NCBI GenBank assembly: GCA_964016885.1
Contig: OZ024740.1
Span: forward strand, 165,416,001 to 165,480,000
Source of the DNA: Eledone cirrhosa
Taxonomy: Eukaryota
DNA length: 64,000 bases
Direction: 5' to 3'
In this document: positions 61,318-64,000 of the stretch, one piece after another
How the letters are laid out: each line of letters opens with the position of its first letter
Numbering within the stretch: position 1 is the first letter of the stretch
Made by a program: the position numbers and the translations under genes
The notes under the pieces: model-generated
What the model was told of the DNA's origin: nothing
Database searches by the model: none
What the model saw: the letters and a program-made list of their open reading frames with translations, nothing else

Positions 61318-64000
61318 TTTTGCGAGGGTTTTGATATGAAATCGTGTGTCGATGAATAAGAAAAACCTAGAAGAAAGAAAAATACAATATTCTCAAAAAA
61401 TACCCAGATGACATCAACAATATCCGTATGACTGATGTAAAACTACCGGAAGAATTTACCAATGACCACACAGTAAATATTTATGGGAACACTTTAATCA
61501 GTGAACAAGAACAACAAATCCTGCAGCTACCACCAAAATTTACCATCTACAAAAAGATTAACCCTATTGAGTCAAAACGAAGCTGGAAAAGTGTTTCACA
61601 AAAATACGTTGGAAGGCAAAAGTAAACAACAACAACAACTATATAGACAACAATAACAATAATAACGGTAGTAGTAATATAAACAATAACTCTGAGTATA
61701 GAAATAACAGCCATAACAATAACAATAGCAGGAGAGTGAGAAATAGTAATAATGGTAATAATACTAACGATAGACAGAACAACAACAACAACAACCACAA
61801 TAATAATAATAATAGAAACATTAACTACAGACACAGCAGCAGCGACCACAGTAGTAATAACGGTAACAATACGAATAACAACAACAACAACCACAGTGGT
61901 AATAATAGCAATAATACATGTAGCAACATTAATGATAGACACAACAACAACAACAACAAAAACAAGAAACATAATAAAAGTAACAACCACAATGGTAGAA
62001 ATAAGAGTAACAACAAAAGTAACGGTGAAGTAAACAACAACAATACATCTAACAATCATAACAACAATACATCTAACAATCACAGCAACAATACATCTAG
62101 CAATCATAACAATAATAATAATGCTAGTGATAGGAATAACAACAACCACCATAATAACAATAATAGCAACACACACAACTATGACGATAGATATAATTGT
62201 TTCTACTTTACGCACAAGGCCAGCAATTACACAGTGCATTACTGGTACTTTATTTTATCGACCCCGTAAGGATGAAAGGCAAAGTCAACCTCGGCGGGAT
62301 TTGAACTATGACGATAGATATAATGACAACTCCTTAGAGAAACTATTCTTCAACCCAGCTGACAAAACATATAATATGGGTAATATCTATCCTACGAGGT
62401 TACCCTTTAGTAAATGAGTTTGCATACCAGAACAAATAGATGACGAGACAGAGGCACAGTTCACCATAGCTAGAAATAAGATTAGACAAATAGTAGACCG
62501 GTATACTAAGAGACAGAGCAGACCAGAGGTCCAACAACTTGGGAGGAAACCTGTAAAAGGCATGGTTAGCCTCAAGCAGCGCACAAGGGATGGTGAGGTA
62601 GAATGTCTACCCACGGATAAGTCTGGTAGGATGTCAATAGACAGCATGCCGAACTACATCAAGGCTATGCGACCCCACATCACAACACGAGCGAAATTGC
62701 ACAGCAAATACATGATGGGAGAGAGAAAATCCTCAACACTCTCATGATGATGTAGACCGACATCCTAAAGCCAAGCAGACGCACTGCCAACAAATTCCAG
62801 GCGTCTAACAATGGCATACCAGCCTTGTATGGACTCCGCAAAGACCACAAGACAGTCGACGACACGACAACAGGACCACCAACAAGACCCGTATGCGGAG
62901 CAAATATAGCTAGCAACTACAGGATCTCCTACTTCCTCTCAATGGTTATACGCCCCATAATCAAGATGTCCCCAGATGTATGTAACAGTACAGAGGACCT
63001 CCTCAGCAGAATCAGTGAGTGCAACAAAAACAGGAACCTATTCAACTGCATAATAGGCAGCATGGATGTGGTATCACTGTACCCATCCATTAACATTGAT
63101 TTTGCTGTGGAAAAATGTGTGGAGATGATCATTGAGAGTCAGGTGGAGTTCTGCGACGTCGACACAGACGAACTGGGCCTCCTACTTAGACTTACCTACG
63201 ACACTGACTACCTAGACAGCCATGACCTTAGACGTTTCTGCCCCAGTAGACCCATAACAGGTAGACCCCCTCACCATAACCTCAATGGCAAAAAAGACTC
63301 CCATGGGAAGGTGGATTGTGTGGACCAAAGCTATACGGACCCCCAAAACAATGATCAGGTAAGAAAAATGGTCGCACATGCAACAGGGGCTAGTATCAAA
63401 ACTACCCTAAAGGGCCAAATATTCAAGTTCAACGAGAAAATCTACACCCAAAATGAGGAAGCAGCCATTGGCGTCAGCATAGCTGGCGACGTTGCCAAAC
63501 TTTTTATGGTATGGTGGGAAAGGAGACTGAAAGATCTCCTTGATGAGAGCTCCATAGACCTCATCATGTACTCTCGTTACGTAGATGACATCAATATAGT
63601 AATAAAGACATCCCCACAAGAGATCACTAACAAGTTTGATTTAGAACGTAGCACAATGGAAAGCATCCAGCAGATAGCTAATTCCATGCACCAGAGTATA
63701 ACTGTAACTATCGACTACCCTTCCAAACACCCTAACAATAGACTATCTGTATTAGACACGGAACTCTGGATTACCACTATAGACGAGAGAGCCCAAATTC
63801 TCCACTCACACTATGCTAAACCCATGGCCTCCAAATACCTGATACTCAAAAACTCAGCAATGTCCAGTAGTGCTAAGTTTAATATTCTGATTGCAGACTT
63901 GGTACGAGTGGTGAAGAATGTGTCCCGCATGTGCGACCCAGCAGAAATGGAAAGACACATCCAACACTTCATCAACCGCATGCAGTTCTCTGGCTACAAC
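61315..64000 (+). mobile_element. Divergent Penelope-like element (clade uncertain), frameshifted, runs off the window end
   Basis: QILQLPPKF, an Asn-rich insert, LPTDKSGRM, PALYGLRKDHK, RPVCGA, GSMDVVSLYPSI, AIGVSIAGDVAKLFM, YSRYVDDI, VLDTELW and HYAKPMASK. Starts right after (TA)n. Confidence 0.82.
62198..62303 (-). mobile_element. 5'-truncated SINE with a 21-bp target-site duplication
   Basis: AACTATGACGATAGATATAAT occurs at 62177-62197 and at 62304-62324. Confidence 0.9.

Noticed and set aside
1-64000. CRISPR arrays, operons or other prokaryotic systems
   Set aside because: The sequence is eukaryotic repeat DNA with no repeat-spacer arrays or gene-dense regions.

Overview
AT-rich eukaryotic (animal) non-genic DNA made almost entirely of transposable elements and microsatellites. 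I found no host protein-coding gene. The SINE family and the (TA)n density resemble cephalopod (octopus-like) genomes, but that assignment is an inference. Two microsatellite-linked systems dominate. (1) A ~24 kb pile-up (34.65-58.5 kb) sits inside one (TTA)n tract that begins as a SINE tail. It holds six R4/Dong-type RLE non-LTR retrotransposons, two with intact 1130-aa ORFs, plus a rearranged Tx1/L1-like element. (2) Many Penelope-like elements (PLEs), hammerhead-ribozyme-bearing small elements, foldbacks and an unclassified ~600-bp partial-tandem family sit in (TA)n tracts. Most notable: the Dong-like 5' UTR looks like short exon + GT-AG intron + exon, conserved between two diverged subfamilies and retained in genomic copies. 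Also notable: a recombinant tandem Dong copy, a templated L1-derived insertion inside a Dong copy, several minimal type I hammerheads, and the ~600-bp family. All comparisons were made by eye, so boundaries of degenerate fragments are approximate.
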